A stretch of DNA of 64,000 bases, taken from the NCBI GenBank assembly GCA_032128115.1, contig JAQBHB010000069.1:1-64000 (forward strand). Direction: 5' to 3'. Shown piece after piece: positions 18,641 to 28,159 of the stretch. Positions within the stretch are counted from its first letter, which is position 1; the number at the start of each line of letters is the position of its first letter. The position numbers and the translations under genes were made by a program. A model generated the notes under the pieces. That model was given only the letters and a program-made list of their open reading frames with translations, searched no databases and was not told where the DNA came from. The DNA comes from Deltaproteobacteria bacterium (GTDB lineage: Bacteria; Myxococcota_A; UBA9160; SMWR01).

Positions 18641-21085
18641 ATGGGGGACCTGTTCGCGCCGATCGACGCACCCGTGGCAAGCGTCGCACTGCCGGTGCCG
18701 GTTCGCCGCCTGTTCGACTACACCATTCCCGCGGAACTCGCCGCCAGCGCCCTGCCCGGCTGCCGCGTACAGGTGCCGTTCCGCGCGCGCCACCTGACCG
18801 GTGTGATCGTCGAACGCCAGGCCCACAGCTCCGCGCGTGAGGGCCTGCTGCCACTCACGAGGGTGGTGGACGACGAGCCGGTGCTGTCGACCGCGATGAT
18901 GGCCATGCTCCGCGAGGCCGCCGACGAGATCCTTTGCCCGGTGGGCCTTGCCCTGTTCGCGGCGCTCCCCAGCGGATCGGCACCCCGGCGACTGGCGTGC
19001 CACGCCATCACGCCTCTGGGTCGTCGGGCCCTTGCAGAGGACGCCGTCGACCCTCGGGTGCGCGCCGCCCTCGTGTCCCTGGAGGATCGGCCGCGATCGA
19101 CCGCGATCCTGCGGACCAGCCTGGCGCCCGAGGATCTCTCGAACCTGGAGCGCGACGGCCTGGTGGTGCGAACCGCCGTGGATCGCGCGCCTTCTGCGCG
19201 ACCGGCGCGCATCCGCGTCGCGCGGGTCGAAGACGACGTGGACGTCCCGGCCGCGGCCGCGGGTCCCCTGGCCCGCGCGCCGCGCCAGGCAGAGTTGCTC
19301 CGGTACCTGGCCGAACGCGGCCCCCTGCCCTCACTGGATCTCACGGGCGAATTCCCGGGCGCGAGCCCGCTGCTGCGCGCCCTGGTGGCCCGCAAACTCG
19401 CCCGGATCGAGGAACGGCCCGCCGCGACCGAAGTGATCGCCATTGCCGACGAGCCGGCGCCCCGCGTCACGCCGACGCCGGACCAGGCGAGGGCTCTCGA
19501 AACCATCTGGGCAGCCATGCGCGAGGGCCGACACGAGATCTTCCTGCTCCACGGCGTCACCGGCAGCGGCAAGACCGAGGTCTACCTGCGCGCCATCCAG
19601 GAAGCCCTGGGTTCGGGCCGCCAGGCCCTGGTGCTGGTGCCGGAGATCTCGCTCACCCATCAGATGGTCGAGCGACTGCGCCAGCGCTTCGGCGACAACC
19701 TGGCCGTGCTGCACAGCGGAATGCGTCCGCGACAGCGACTCGAGCAGTGGCAGCGCCTGCGCAGCGGCTCCACGCCGATCGCCGTGGGCGCGCGCTCGGC
19801 TCTGTTCGCCCCCCTGGAGAAACTCGGCCTGATCGTGGTCGATGAGGAGCACGATTCCGCTTACAAGAACGACGAGGGCTTCCGCTACCACGCTCGCGAC
19901 CTCGCGACCCGGCTCGGTCGGGGTGCGGCCTGTCCCCTGGTGCTGGGCTCCGCCACGCCGTGCCTGGAGACGCGCTTCGCCGCCGACCGGGGCGAGCTGC
20001 GGCGGCTGGCGCTGCCCCACCGGGTGGGCCGGCGCCCGCTTCCCGCCGTGACCGTGGTCGACCTGGCACGCGAGCGCGAGCGCGCGCCGCGGGGCGAGCG
20101 GGTGATCCTCTCGCCGCCCCTGCGTCGCGCCATGGCCGACACCCTGGCCGACGGCGGCCAGACCATCCTGTTCCTGAACCGGCGGGGCTTCTCCACCCAG
20201 GTGCTGTGCTTCGACTGTGGCGCCGCCGAGCGCTGCCCCCATTGCGACATCACGCTGGTGTACCACGCGACGGAACAGAAACTCCGCTGCCACTACTGCG
20301 ACCACTCGGTTCCACCGCCGGAGGCCTGTTCCCAGTGCGGCGCGCCGGATACGGCGCTCCTGGGGATCGGGACGCAACGGGTGGAGGAGGAGGTGCGCAG
20401 CCGCTTTCCCGACGCGCGTATCGCGCGGCTCGATCGGGACACCGCACGCGTGCGGGGATACACCGAAGACGTGCTGCAACGCATCCGCCACCGGAAACTC
20501 GACATCCTGATCGGAACCCAGATCGTCGCCAAGGGTCACGACTACCCGGGGGTGCGGCTGGTAGGCGTGGTGCTGGCCGATACCGGGCTGCACATGCCGG
20601 ACTTTCGTGCGGCGGAGCGCACCTTCCAGCTGCTGACGCAGGTGGCCGGGCGCGCCGGACGCGACGCGTCGCCCGGGCGCGTCATCGTGCAGACCTTCTC
20701 CCCGGACCACTACGCCATCCGACCGGTGGTGGATCACGACTTCGAGCGCTTCTACCTGGAGGAGCTCGGCCACCGGGCCGCACTGGGCTACCCGCCCTTC
20801 GGGCACCTGGCCCACGCGCTCGTGTCGGGAACCGACGCCGGCCAGGCCCGGGCCGCAGCCGTCAGCCTGGCCGAGGCCCTGGCGTCGAGTCGCGATATCG
20901 AGGTGCTGGGACCGGCACCGGCACCGCTCTCCCGCCTGCGCGGCCGTTATCGCTTCCAGCTGCTGGTCAAGGCCGCCAACCGCGAGACCCTGCGCCGCGC
21001 CGCCGAACGCCTGTGGGAAAGGGCTGCGACGCTTCCGCCCGCGATCCAGGCAAGCGTGGACACCCATCCGATCAACATGCTATGA
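18641..21085 (+). CDS. priA: Primosomal protein N'
   Basis: HGVTGSGKTEVY, DEEH, SATP, four CxxC pairs, QVAGRAGR. Confidence 0.96.
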   Translation: MGDLFAPIDAPVASVALPVPVRRLFDYTIPAELAASALPGCRVQVPFRARHLTGVIVERQAHSSAREGLLPLTRVVDDEPVLSTAMMAMLREAADEILCPVGLALFAALPSGSAPRRLACHAITPLGRRALAEDAVDPRVRAALVSLEDRPRSTAILRTSLAPEDLSNLERDGLVVRTAVDRAPSARPARIRVARVEDDVDVPAAAAGPLARAPRQAELLRYLAERGPLPSLDLTGEFPGASPLLRALVARKLARIEERPAATEVIAIADEPAPRVTPTPDQARALETIWAAMREGRHEIFLLHGVTGSGKTEVYLRAIQEALGSGRQALVLVPEISLTHQMVERLRQRFGDNLAVLHSGMRPRQRLEQWQRLRSGSTPIAVGARSALFAPLEKLGLIVVDEEHDSAYKNDEGFRYHARDLATRLGRGAACPLVLGSATPCLETRFAADRGELRRLALPHRVGRRPLPAVTVVDLARERERAPRGERVILSPPLRRAMADTLADGGQTILFLNRRGFSTQVLCFDCGAAERCPHCDITLVYHATEQKLRCHYCDHSVPPPEACSQCGAPDTALLGIGTQRVEEEVRSRFPDARIARLDRDTARVRGYTEDVLQRIRHRKLDILIGTQIVAKGHDYPGVRLVGVVLADTGLHMPDFRAAERTFQLLTQVAGRAGRDASPGRVIVQTFSPDHYAIRPVVDHDFERFYLEELGHRAALGYPPFGHLAHALVSGTDAGQARAAAVSLAEALASSRDIEVLGPAPAPLSRLRGRYRFQLLVKAANRETLRRAAERLWERAATLPPAIQASVDTHPINML

Positions 21086-21156
21086 AATCTCCATCCCCCG
21101 GGGAACCCGAAACGTGCACAGACCTGTGCATCCACCGACGGAAAAGCGATCTCCAC

Positions 21157-21699
21157 ATGGCCATCCGGGAAGTCCTGAAATTCCCCGATAATCGCCTGCG
21201 CGGCGTCTCGAAGCCCATCGTGGACGTGACCGATGCGATCCGCGAGCTCGCGAGCGACATGCTGGAGGTGATGTATGACGAGCCGGGCATCGGACTCGCG
21301 GCACCCCAGGTGGGCGAACCCGTGCGCCTGATCGTGGTGGATACAGAGTGGAACCAGGAGGACGCCGAGCGGAACCCGCTGACCCTGGTGAACCCGGAAA
21401 TCCACGAGCCAGGGGGCAAGCTGATCTGGACCGAGGGCTGTCTGTCGGTGCCCGACTTCGAAGCCGAGGTGGAGCGAGCCGAGCGGGTCGTGCTGCGAGC
21501 GCGCGATCTGGACGGGAACGCCGTGGAGATCGAGGCCCAGGACCTTCAGGCCGTCTGCTTCCAGCACGAGGTCGACCACCTCAACGGCGTCCTGTTCATC
21601 GACCACATCAGCCGCCTCAAGCGCAATCTGTACGTGCAGAAGCGCAAGAAGCAGCTCCGTCGGGAGCTGGACGAGTCCGGCTCCGCGACGCTGGTCTAG
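21157..21699 (+). CDS. def: Peptide deformylase
   Basis: GIGLAAPQ, EGCLS, QHEVDHLNG. Confidence 0.96.
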   Translation: MAIREVLKFPDNRLRGVSKPIVDVTDAIRELASDMLEVMYDEPGIGLAAPQVGEPVRLIVVDTEWNQEDAERNPLTLVNPEIHEPGGKLIWTEGCLSVPDFEAEVERAERVVLRARDLDGNAVEIEAQDLQAVCFQHEVDHLNGVLFIDHISRLKRNLYVQKRKKQLRRELDESGSATLV

Positions 21700-21718
21700 C
21701 CCGCTGTCGTCCAGGTCC

Positions 21719-22651
21719 CTGCGCCTGGCCTTTTTCGGCACCCCCGAGTTCTCGATTCCGACCCTCGAGCGACTGATCGCCGGACCTCACCCGGTGGTGA
21801 CCGTGGTGACACAGCCCGATCGCCGGCGCGGGCGCGGCCGTGCCGCGAGCCCCTCCGCGGTGGCCCAGCTGGCCCAGCGCCACGGGATCCCACTGCTGCG
21901 GCCCGAGCGTGTGGGCGAGCCGCAGGTGGTGGAGGCGCTCGCGAGCGAGCGACCCGACCTGGGCGTGGTGGTGGCCTTCGGACAGTTCCTCCCCCGTCGG
22001 ATCCGCGAGGCGCCGACCCGCGGCTACCTGATCAACGGACACGCCAGCCTGCTTCCGCGATTTCGCGGCGCCGCGCCCATCGCCCACGCGATCCTGGCAG
22101 GTGTTGCCATCACCGGGGTTTCGGTGATGCGGGTGGAACGCGAGATGGATGCGGGGCCGGTAGCGCTCACACGCGCGATCCCCATCGGCCCCGAGGAGAC
22201 CGCGGGCGAGCTCTCGGCCCGCGTTTCCCGACTCACCGCCGATGCCATCGCCGAGGTGGTGGAGCGGATCGCCGGGACGGGCATCGAATGGGTGGAGCAG
22301 GATCGAGCGCGCGCCAGCTTCGCTCCCAAGATCGACCGCTCGGACGCGCGCCTGAACTGGAGCGATCCGGCCGAAGCGCTGGTCCGGCGCGTGCGCGCCA
22401 TGGCGCCGTCGCCGGGTGCCTTCACCGAATGGGACGATCAGATGCTTCGCATCCTCGCCGCGCGCGCAGAGCCCGGACGCGTCGATCGTCCACCCGGAAG
22501 CGTGCGACGCAGCGACGACGTTGCTCTGCGAATCGCCACGAGTGACGGTTGGCTGCTCCCCCAGCGGGTGCAGCGCCCCGGGGGTCGTCTCCTCGACATC
22601 GAGAGCTACCTGCGCGGGCGCCCCCTGGCCGACGGCGCGCGCTTCACGTGA
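21719..22651 (+). CDS. fmt: Methionyl-tRNA formyltransferase; probable CTG start (21719 or 21704)
   Basis: In-frame LRLAFFGTPEFS lies upstream of the first canonical start (21794); VVTQPDR, HASLLPRFRGAAPI, MDAGP. Confidence 0.92.
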   Translation: MRLAFFGTPEFSIPTLERLIAGPHPVVTVVTQPDRRRGRGRAASPSAVAQLAQRHGIPLLRPERVGEPQVVEALASERPDLGVVVAFGQFLPRRIREAPTRGYLINGHASLLPRFRGAAPIAHAILAGVAITGVSVMRVEREMDAGPVALTRAIPIGPEETAGELSARVSRLTADAIAEVVERIAGTGIEWVEQDRARASFAPKIDRSDARLNWSDPAEALVRRVRAMAPSPGAFTEWDDQMLRILAARAEPGRVDRPPGSVRRSDDVALRIATSDGWLLPQRVQRPGGRLLDIESYLRGRPLADGARFT

Positions 22652-22704
22652 GCGGCACTCCCATGCGCGAGGCGCTTCACGTGAGCGGCACTCCCATGCG
22701 CAAG
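22639..22704. repeat. 33-bp tandem duplication spanning the fmt stop codon
   Basis: gcgcttcacgtgagcggcactcccatgcgc(g/a)ag at 22639-22671 and 22672-22704. Confidence 0.95.
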
Positions 22705-22810
22705 GCGCGCCCGAGCGGGCTAGACTCGTGCGGGGTAGACGAAGGGGTGGAATCTCGAACATGAACGCGAATGACCGGAACCCGCTGAGGCACCGAATCG
22801 CGGGCTGCAC

Positions 22811-24253
22811 ATGACCGCTCGCACCGCGCAACGGCCAGGCGGGCGGCCGCATCGGGGACGCCCCCGCGAACGCGGAGCCGGGGAGCGCCGTCGTGGCGAT
22901 GCGCCCACCCGCGCACGGCTGGTGGCCCTGCGCGTACTGGAGCGGGTAACCCGCGCCGGCGCGTACGCCGACCTGTTGCTTCACTCGACCCTCGCGCGAA
23001 GCGCCCTGTCGGCGCGCGACCGCGCCTTCGCCACAGACCTGGTATACGGCACGCTTCGCTGGCGCGGCCGTATCGATTACCTGCTGAGCCACGTGCTCGA
23101 TCGCGATCTGGACAAGCTCGAGCCCCTGGTGGCCACGGCCCTGCGACTGGGCGCATACCAGCTGGTCTTCTCCGACGGGGTTCCCGCGACCGCGGCCGTA
23201 GACGAATCCGTGCGCTGCATCCGGGCGGCCGGGGCCGACCGCGCCACGGGTTTCGTCAACGCGGTCCTGCGCCGCCTGTCGGCAGAGCACCGCAACATCC
23301 CGCTTCCCGATCTCGAGCGCGATCCGGTCGGCCACCTGAGCCACGCCCTTTCCCTGCCCCGCTGGATCGCCGAGCGTTGGATCGACTTGTACGGCGCGGC
23401 CGAGGCTGCCGAACTGGCCCGCGCTTCGAACCAACCGCCGCCCCTCACGGTGCGCTGCAACCGCCTGCGGTCGACACCCGATGCCCTCCTGGACCGGTTG
23501 CGCCAGCGCTTCCCCGATGCGGCGCGCTGCCGCCTGGCGACGGACGGCCTGGTGCTGGGGCGCAGGGGCAGCCCGGGCCTGGACCCCGCCTTTCTGGCCG
23601 GCGACTTCACGGTGCAGGACGAGGCCTCACAACTGGTGGTGGGCCTGCTGGATCCCCGCCCGGGCGACCGCGTGCTCGATACCTGCGCGGCGCCCGGTGG
23701 CAAGACCACGGCCATCGCAGAGCGCCTGGGAGGGACCGGCCCGGTGTGGGCAATCGATCGACACGCGCGCCGACTCGGGCTGGTGCAACGGGCCGCACGC
23801 CGCCTGGGACTCAGCCGCGTGCACTGCAGCGTGCGGGATGCCGCCCTCCCCCTGGACGGCGTGGGAGACGGTGCCGACTTCGATCGGGTGCTGGTGGATG
23901 CGCCGTGCTCTGGCCTCGGCGCCCTGCGGCGCAACGCGGACGCGCGTTGGCGGGTGCAGGCCTCCGACCCGGCCAAGCTCGCCGACATCCAGCTGGCAAT
24001 CCTGATGAGCGCCTCTGCCGTCCTGAAGCCAGGCGGCGTGCTCATCTACAGTACCTGTACCGTGATTCCCGAAGAGAACGAAGAAGTCGTGGGACACTTC
24101 CTGGGTCGATCCCCCGCATTCACGCTGGCTCCGCGTGAGTCGGCGCCGCCCGAGGTGCAGAGCGTGGTGGGAGACGACGGCATGCTGCGCTGCTTTCCCC
24201 ACCTTCACGACACGGATGGATTCTTCGCGGCGCGTCTGGAGCGGCGGCCGTGA
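22811..24253 (+). CDS. rsmB: 16S rRNA m5C967 methyltransferase
   Basis: NusB-like N-terminal domain, [26 protein letters not shown]. Confidence 0.95.
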   Translation: MTARTAQRPGGRPHRGRPRERGAGERRRGDAPTRARLVALRVLERVTRAGAYADLLLHSTLARSALSARDRAFATDLVYGTLRWRGRIDYLLSHVLDRDLDKLEPLVATALRLGAYQLVFSDGVPATAAVDESVRCIRAAGADRATGFVNAVLRRLSAEHRNIPLPDLERDPVGHLSHALSLPRWIAERWIDLYGAAEAAELARASNQPPPLTVRCNRLRSTPDALLDRLRQRFPDAARCRLATDGLVLGRRGSPGLDPAFLAGDFTVQDEASQLVVGLLDPRPGDRVLDTCAAPGGKTTAIAERLGGTGPVWAIDRHARRLGLVQRAARRLGLSRVHCSVRDAALPLDGVGDGADFDRVLVDAPCSGLGALRRNADARWRVQASDPAKLADIQLAILMSASAVLKPGGVLIYSTCTVIPEENEEVVGHFLGRSPAFTLAPRESAPPEVQSVVGDDGMLRCFPHLHDTDGFFAARLERRP

Positions 24254-24912
24254 CCCTGCTCATCGCACCCTCGATCCTGTCGGCCGACTTTGCGCGGCTG
24301 GGAGACGAGGTGGCGGCCGTAGAGCAGGCCGGCGCCGACTGGATCCACGTGGATGTGATGGATGGTCGCTTCGTTCCGAACATCACCATCGGCCCGCTGG
24401 TGGTGGAGGCCGTGCGACGCGCCACCGATCTGCCGCTGGACGTGCATCTGATGATCGAGCAGCCGGATCGCTACGTGGAAGACTTCGTCAAGGCGGGCGC
24501 GGCGACCGTGACTGTGCACGTCGAGGCTTGCCAGCACCTGCACCGCACCGTGGCGCAGATCCGGGAGTCCGGAGCACGCGCAGCGGTGGCACTCAATCCC
24601 GCCACGCCGGCGGTGGCGGTGGAGCCGGTTCTCGGGGACCTGGACCAGGTCCTGGTAATGACGGTCAACCCGGGTTTCGGCGGCCAGAAGTTCATCGAGG
24701 CCACCCTTTCGAAGATCGAGACCTTGCGCAGGTGGATCCGCGAACGGGATCTGACCATCGACGTGGAAGTGGACGGCGGCATCGGCGAGGAGACCATCGT
24801 GAGCGCCGCCCGGTCCGGAGCCAACGTCTTCGTCGCCGGCACCGCCATATTCGGCGCGGCCGATTACGCCGCGGCCATCACGAGCCTCAAGCGGGCCGCG
24901 GCCTCCGTGTAG
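24250..24912 (+). CDS. rpe: Ribulose-phosphate 3-epimerase
   Basis: [36 protein letters not shown]. Confidence 0.97.
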   Translation: MTLLIAPSILSADFARLGDEVAAVEQAGADWIHVDVMDGRFVPNITIGPLVVEAVRRATDLPLDVHLMIEQPDRYVEDFVKAGAATVTVHVEACQHLHRTVAQIRESGARAAVALNPATPAVAVEPVLGDLDQVLVMTVNPGFGGQKFIEATLSKIETLRRWIRERDLTIDVEVDGGIGEETIVSAARSGANVFVAGTAIFGAADYAAAITSLKRAAASV

Positions 24913-24970
24913 CGTCCCTGCGGGGAAACCGGCATACTCGGCCCCGGATCCGCGCGAATTCACGGAAACT

Positions 24971-25047
<77 letters not shown>

Positions 25048-25135
25048 CTTTCCGCCCTTCGCCGGCCCCGCCCGCGAAAAGGTCGACCCCCGTCGAGCCG
25101 ACGAGTAGGATGAGTCCGGTACGCGGGCCCCATCC

Positions 25136-25699
25136 ATGATCCACCGCATGTCCTTTCTCGCGCTGCTTCTCGTCGGCTGCTCCCCCGGCCGCTCGGCAGG
25201 CCCGATCGACATTCCCGTTCGTGTAGGCGTGGTGGCCCTGGATTCTCACAACGTGCCGGTGGTCGTGCTGGAAGAAGAAGGCGGCCCGCGACTGCTGCCA
25301 ATCTGGATCGGCATGGATGCGGCGCATTCGATCTCCGCCGAGATCGAGAACGAAAAGCCGCCCCGCCCGAACACCCACGATCTCGCCAAACGAATGATCG
25401 ACGGACTCGATGGAGGGGTTGCGCGTGTCGTCGTTACCGAGCTGCGCAGTGGCACCTACTACGCCGTCATGGACCTCCAGACCAGCGGCGGCACCGTCGA
25501 AATCGATGCCCGCCCCAGCGACGCCATCGCCATCGCGTTGCGCCTGAACGCTCCCATATTCGTCCGGGACTCGGTCTTCGCGGAGGCGGGAGAAGTGGTG
25601 ATACCGGAATTCGAGAAGCGCGAAGAAGAATACCTTCCCGAACGCCATCACCGGCAGCCGATCGGAACCTCACCGGCAACTCCTCAGCGTAGCCTTTGA
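25136..25699 (+). CDS. Bifunctional nuclease family (DUF151) protein with a lipoprotein-like signal
   Basis: [30 protein letters not shown]-terminal LALLLVGC. Confidence 0.88.
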   Translation: MIHRMSFLALLLVGCSPGRSAGPIDIPVRVGVVALDSHNVPVVVLEEEGGPRLLPIWIGMDAAHSISAEIENEKPPRPNTHDLAKRMIDGLDGGVARVVVTELRSGTYYAVMDLQTSGGTVEIDARPSDAIAIALRLNAPIFVRDSVFAEAGEVVIPEFEKREEEYLPERHHRQPIGTSPATPQRSL

Positions 25700-25834
25700 T
25701 TTCCGACGGGAACCCCGACTGTGGGGTTCGCGACGCACTTTCTGGTCAGCCCAACGATGTTGCGGGTCGGCGCCTCTGAACTCGCACGTGCTTCGCGCTC
25801 GAGTTGCGCGAAGCCTTCCGGCCCGACGGAAATC
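25698..25834. repeat. Structured intergenic element with terminal inverted repeats (MITE/REP-like or ncRNA)
   Basis: gatttccgacggg / cccgacggaaatc (12/13 inverted match); internal hairpins gaacccc/ggggttc and gcttcgcgc/gcgcgaagc. Confidence 0.5.
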
Positions 25835-26007
25835 GTGAATTTTCGGACTCCGAGTTGATTGACAACGCCGTTGTCCACTGTCACGATGCCGTCGAAATCC
25901 GTCGTTTTTCCGCACCTTTGTGCAGCGACGGCCCGGATTTTCACTCGAAGTGATGCGGACCGATTTCGAGACGACGGGTCGCAACTCGAGAAAGGCGGTT
26001 CCAAAGC

Positions 26008-26292
26008 ATGGCCTGGTTCGAAGCCAACGACGGACTGACGCGTGAGGAGCTGGCCTGGGAGCTGGTCGAGGTCTTCGACGAACTCGAGGTCAGTCAGATC
26101 AACGAGGTGCTGGCGAAGAACGTGCCCCTCGAGACCCTGAAGTTCTTCGCTTCATACGCCCAGGATTTCGGAGAGTCCCAGAAGATCGAGGGCGATACGC
26201 GCAAGCGCCTCGCCAATCTGCTTCTCCTGGGGTACCTGCTGCGCGTGGTCGAAGACCGGCTCACCAGCGACGGTGAGACCTTCGGCAACTGA
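26008..26292 (+). CDS. Hypothetical acidic 94-aa protein
   Basis: Host-like codon usage (GC-rich third positions), AAAGGCGG upstream; no family recognised. Confidence 0.7.
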   Translation: MAWFEANDGLTREELAWELVEVFDELEVSQINEVLAKNVPLETLKFFASYAQDFGESQKIEGDTRKRLANLLLLGYLLRVVEDRLTSDGETFGN

Positions 26293-26317
26293 CGCCGCGC
26301 CGCGCGCCCATCCCCCC

Positions 26318-26698
26318 GTGAAAGAGATCCAGACGGACGCAGCGCCGGCTCCCGTCGGCCCCTACTCCCAGGCCGTCCAGCACGCCGACCTGATCTTCGC
26401 GTCGGGCCAGATCCCCCTGGACCCGAAGTCCGGGAAGCTGGTGGAGGGCGACATCGAGGCCCAGACGGAGCAGGTGATCTCCAATCTGTCGGCGGTGCTC
26501 GAGGCCGGCGGCTCGTCCCTCGTGCGGGTGGTGCGGACGACGGTATACCTGGTGGATCTCGGCCTGTTTCCCCGGGTCAACGCCGTCTACGCCCGGCACT
26601 TCACGGGAAATCCGGCCCCCGCCCGGGCCACCGTCCAGGTCGCCGCCCTGCCCCTGGACGCCCAGGTGGAGATCGATGCCATCGCATGCGCGCCCTAG
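26318..26698 (+). CDS. RidA/YjgF family enamine/imine deaminase
   Basis: APAPVGPYSQA, SGQIPLDP, PARATVQVAALP..VEIDAIA. Confidence 0.93.
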   Translation: MKEIQTDAAPAPVGPYSQAVQHADLIFASGQIPLDPKSGKLVEGDIEAQTEQVISNLSAVLEAGGSSLVRVVRTTVYLVDLGLFPRVNAVYARHFTGNPAPARATVQVAALPLDAQVEIDAIACAP

Positions 26699-26711
26699 GC
26701 CCGCGCGCCGT

Positions 26712-27371
26712 TCAGGAAACTCCCTCGGCACCCGCTCCATACTTCTTCGAAATCGCCCACAGGTTCACCACGTTGATGCCCGCGTGAGCCACCACCGGGG
26801 CGATCAGGTTTCCCGTCGCTTCGAACAGGCCTCCCAGCAGGAAGCCCGCGAGCACCGAGAACAGCGTCCACGGCAACAGATCACGACGCGGGGCCAGGTG
26901 CGCCAGACCAAAGATCAGACTGGCCATCACGATGCCCACGTGGGGCTGGATCACGCCCCGGAAGAACGCTTCCTCGCCCACGCCGCTGGCGACGGCGAGC
27001 ACGAGGCAATCGCGCCATCGGAGCCGTCCCAGCAGTGCACCCAGTGTCCGCGCCACGCGCTCGCCCGATTGCGTATGTGCGGTCCATTGGTTCGAGATCA
27101 GTATCGCGATGGCTGCGGCCAGGCCTCCCGCAGCCAGGTCGCGCGCCGGTTGGATACCGCGCAGCGCGGCCAGCCCCGAGGCGTAGAGCAGCCCGTCGCC
27201 AGACAGCGCCGACCACAGCAGGGCCACACCGAACATGGCGGCGTAGAACACCAGGGCCATCCGAACGAACGAGGCGCGGTCGATGCGGGGCGGCCCCCCG
27301 GGCAGAGGGGCCCGGCGGCTCGTTGCAGCTCGGTCCTGCGACTCGGGATCCGGCGTCTCGGAAGGGTCCAC
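26712..27371 (-). CDS. CPBP (Abi/CAAX) family intramembrane metalloprotease
   Basis: EEAFFRG, FGLAH, H...N motifs. Confidence 0.88.
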   Translation of the reverse strand: MDPSETPDPESQDRAATSRRAPLPGGPPRIDRASFVRMALVFYAAMFGVALLWSALSGDGLLYASGLAALRGIQPARDLAAGGLAAAIAILISNQWTAHTQSGERVARTLGALLGRLRWRDCLVLAVASGVGEEAFFRGVIQPHVGIVMASLIFGLAHLAPRRDLLPWTLFSVLAGFLLGGLFEATGNLIAPVVAHAGINVVNLWAISKKYGAGAEGVS

Positions 27372-27380
27372 GGGGTCTCG

Positions 27381-27410
27381 TTGACACGGCTCCCCCGGGG
27401 CGGGTAGCCT
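27381..27410 (+). promoter_or_regulatory. Sigma-70-like promoter for greA
   Basis: TTGACA-N18-TAGCCT. Confidence 0.65.
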
Positions 27411-27420
27411 CGCAGAGAGC

Positions 27421-27459
27421 CGGCGCTCCCCCTTCGGGCGGGGCGTCGATTTTGTTGTT
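27421..27459 (+). terminator. Intrinsic terminator-like hairpin in the greA leader
   Basis: cggcgctcc...cTTCGg...ggggcgtcg followed by ATTTTGTTGTT. Confidence 0.6.
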
Positions 27460-27573
27460 GGCGCCCGACCGATGTCGGCGCCACAGACATGGAAGCTGGC
27501 GCAGTCGAGACGCGCAGTCGAGACGGTATGGGCACCGCGCCAGCGATGCCAGCGCGCCTGCGGAGTGGGACTG

Positions 27574-28050
27574 ATGACCGATCGGATCCCGATGACCCGC
27601 GAGAGCTACGAGAAGCTCGAGGCGGAACTCAAGCGTATCAGGACCGAAGAGCGCCCGAAGATCGTCAAGGAGATCGAGGAGGCCCGGGCCCACGGCGACC
27701 TGTCGGAGAACGCCGAGTTCCACGCAGCCAAGGAGCGCCAGAGCCACATCGAGGGCCGCGTCCGAATGCTCGACGACAGGCTGGCGCGGGCCCAGGTCAT
27801 CGACCCCTCGGGGCAGGACCCGGGACAGGTCCGGTTCGGTCTGACCGTGGTCCTGGTGGACACGGAAACCGACGAGAAGGTCACCTACAAGATTCTCGGA
27901 GAGGACGAGGCCAACGTCGCGGAAGGCAAGATCTCCGTTACGTCGCCCGTGGCACGGGCGCTGCTGGGCAAGTCCGTTGGCGACGAGGTCAAGGTGAGCG
28001 TTCCCCGCGGCACCCGCGGGTTCGAGATCCTCGAAATCCGAGTGGATTGA
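27574..28050 (+). CDS. greA: Transcription elongation factor GreA
   Basis: ARAHGDLSENAEF, ISVTSPVARALLGK. Confidence 0.96.
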   Translation: MTDRIPMTRESYEKLEAELKRIRTEERPKIVKEIEEARAHGDLSENAEFHAAKERQSHIEGRVRMLDDRLARAQVIDPSGQDPGQVRFGLTVVLVDTETDEKVTYKILGEDEANVAEGKISVTSPVARALLGKSVGDEVKVSVPRGTRGFEILEIRVD

Positions 28051-28159
28051 CTCGCGTTTGCACCCCGGCGGCCTCGTCGGGTAGCCTCGACCGGCGCTGC
28101 GTTCCGCCGCCCCGTCGCCCCGTCGCTCCGTCGCCCCGGGCCCATTAGAACGGAGCTCC

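Noticed and set aside
22761..22814. 17-codon ORF ([17 protein letters not shown]) overlapping the rsmB start
   Set aside because: Weak SD and no other support; likely chance
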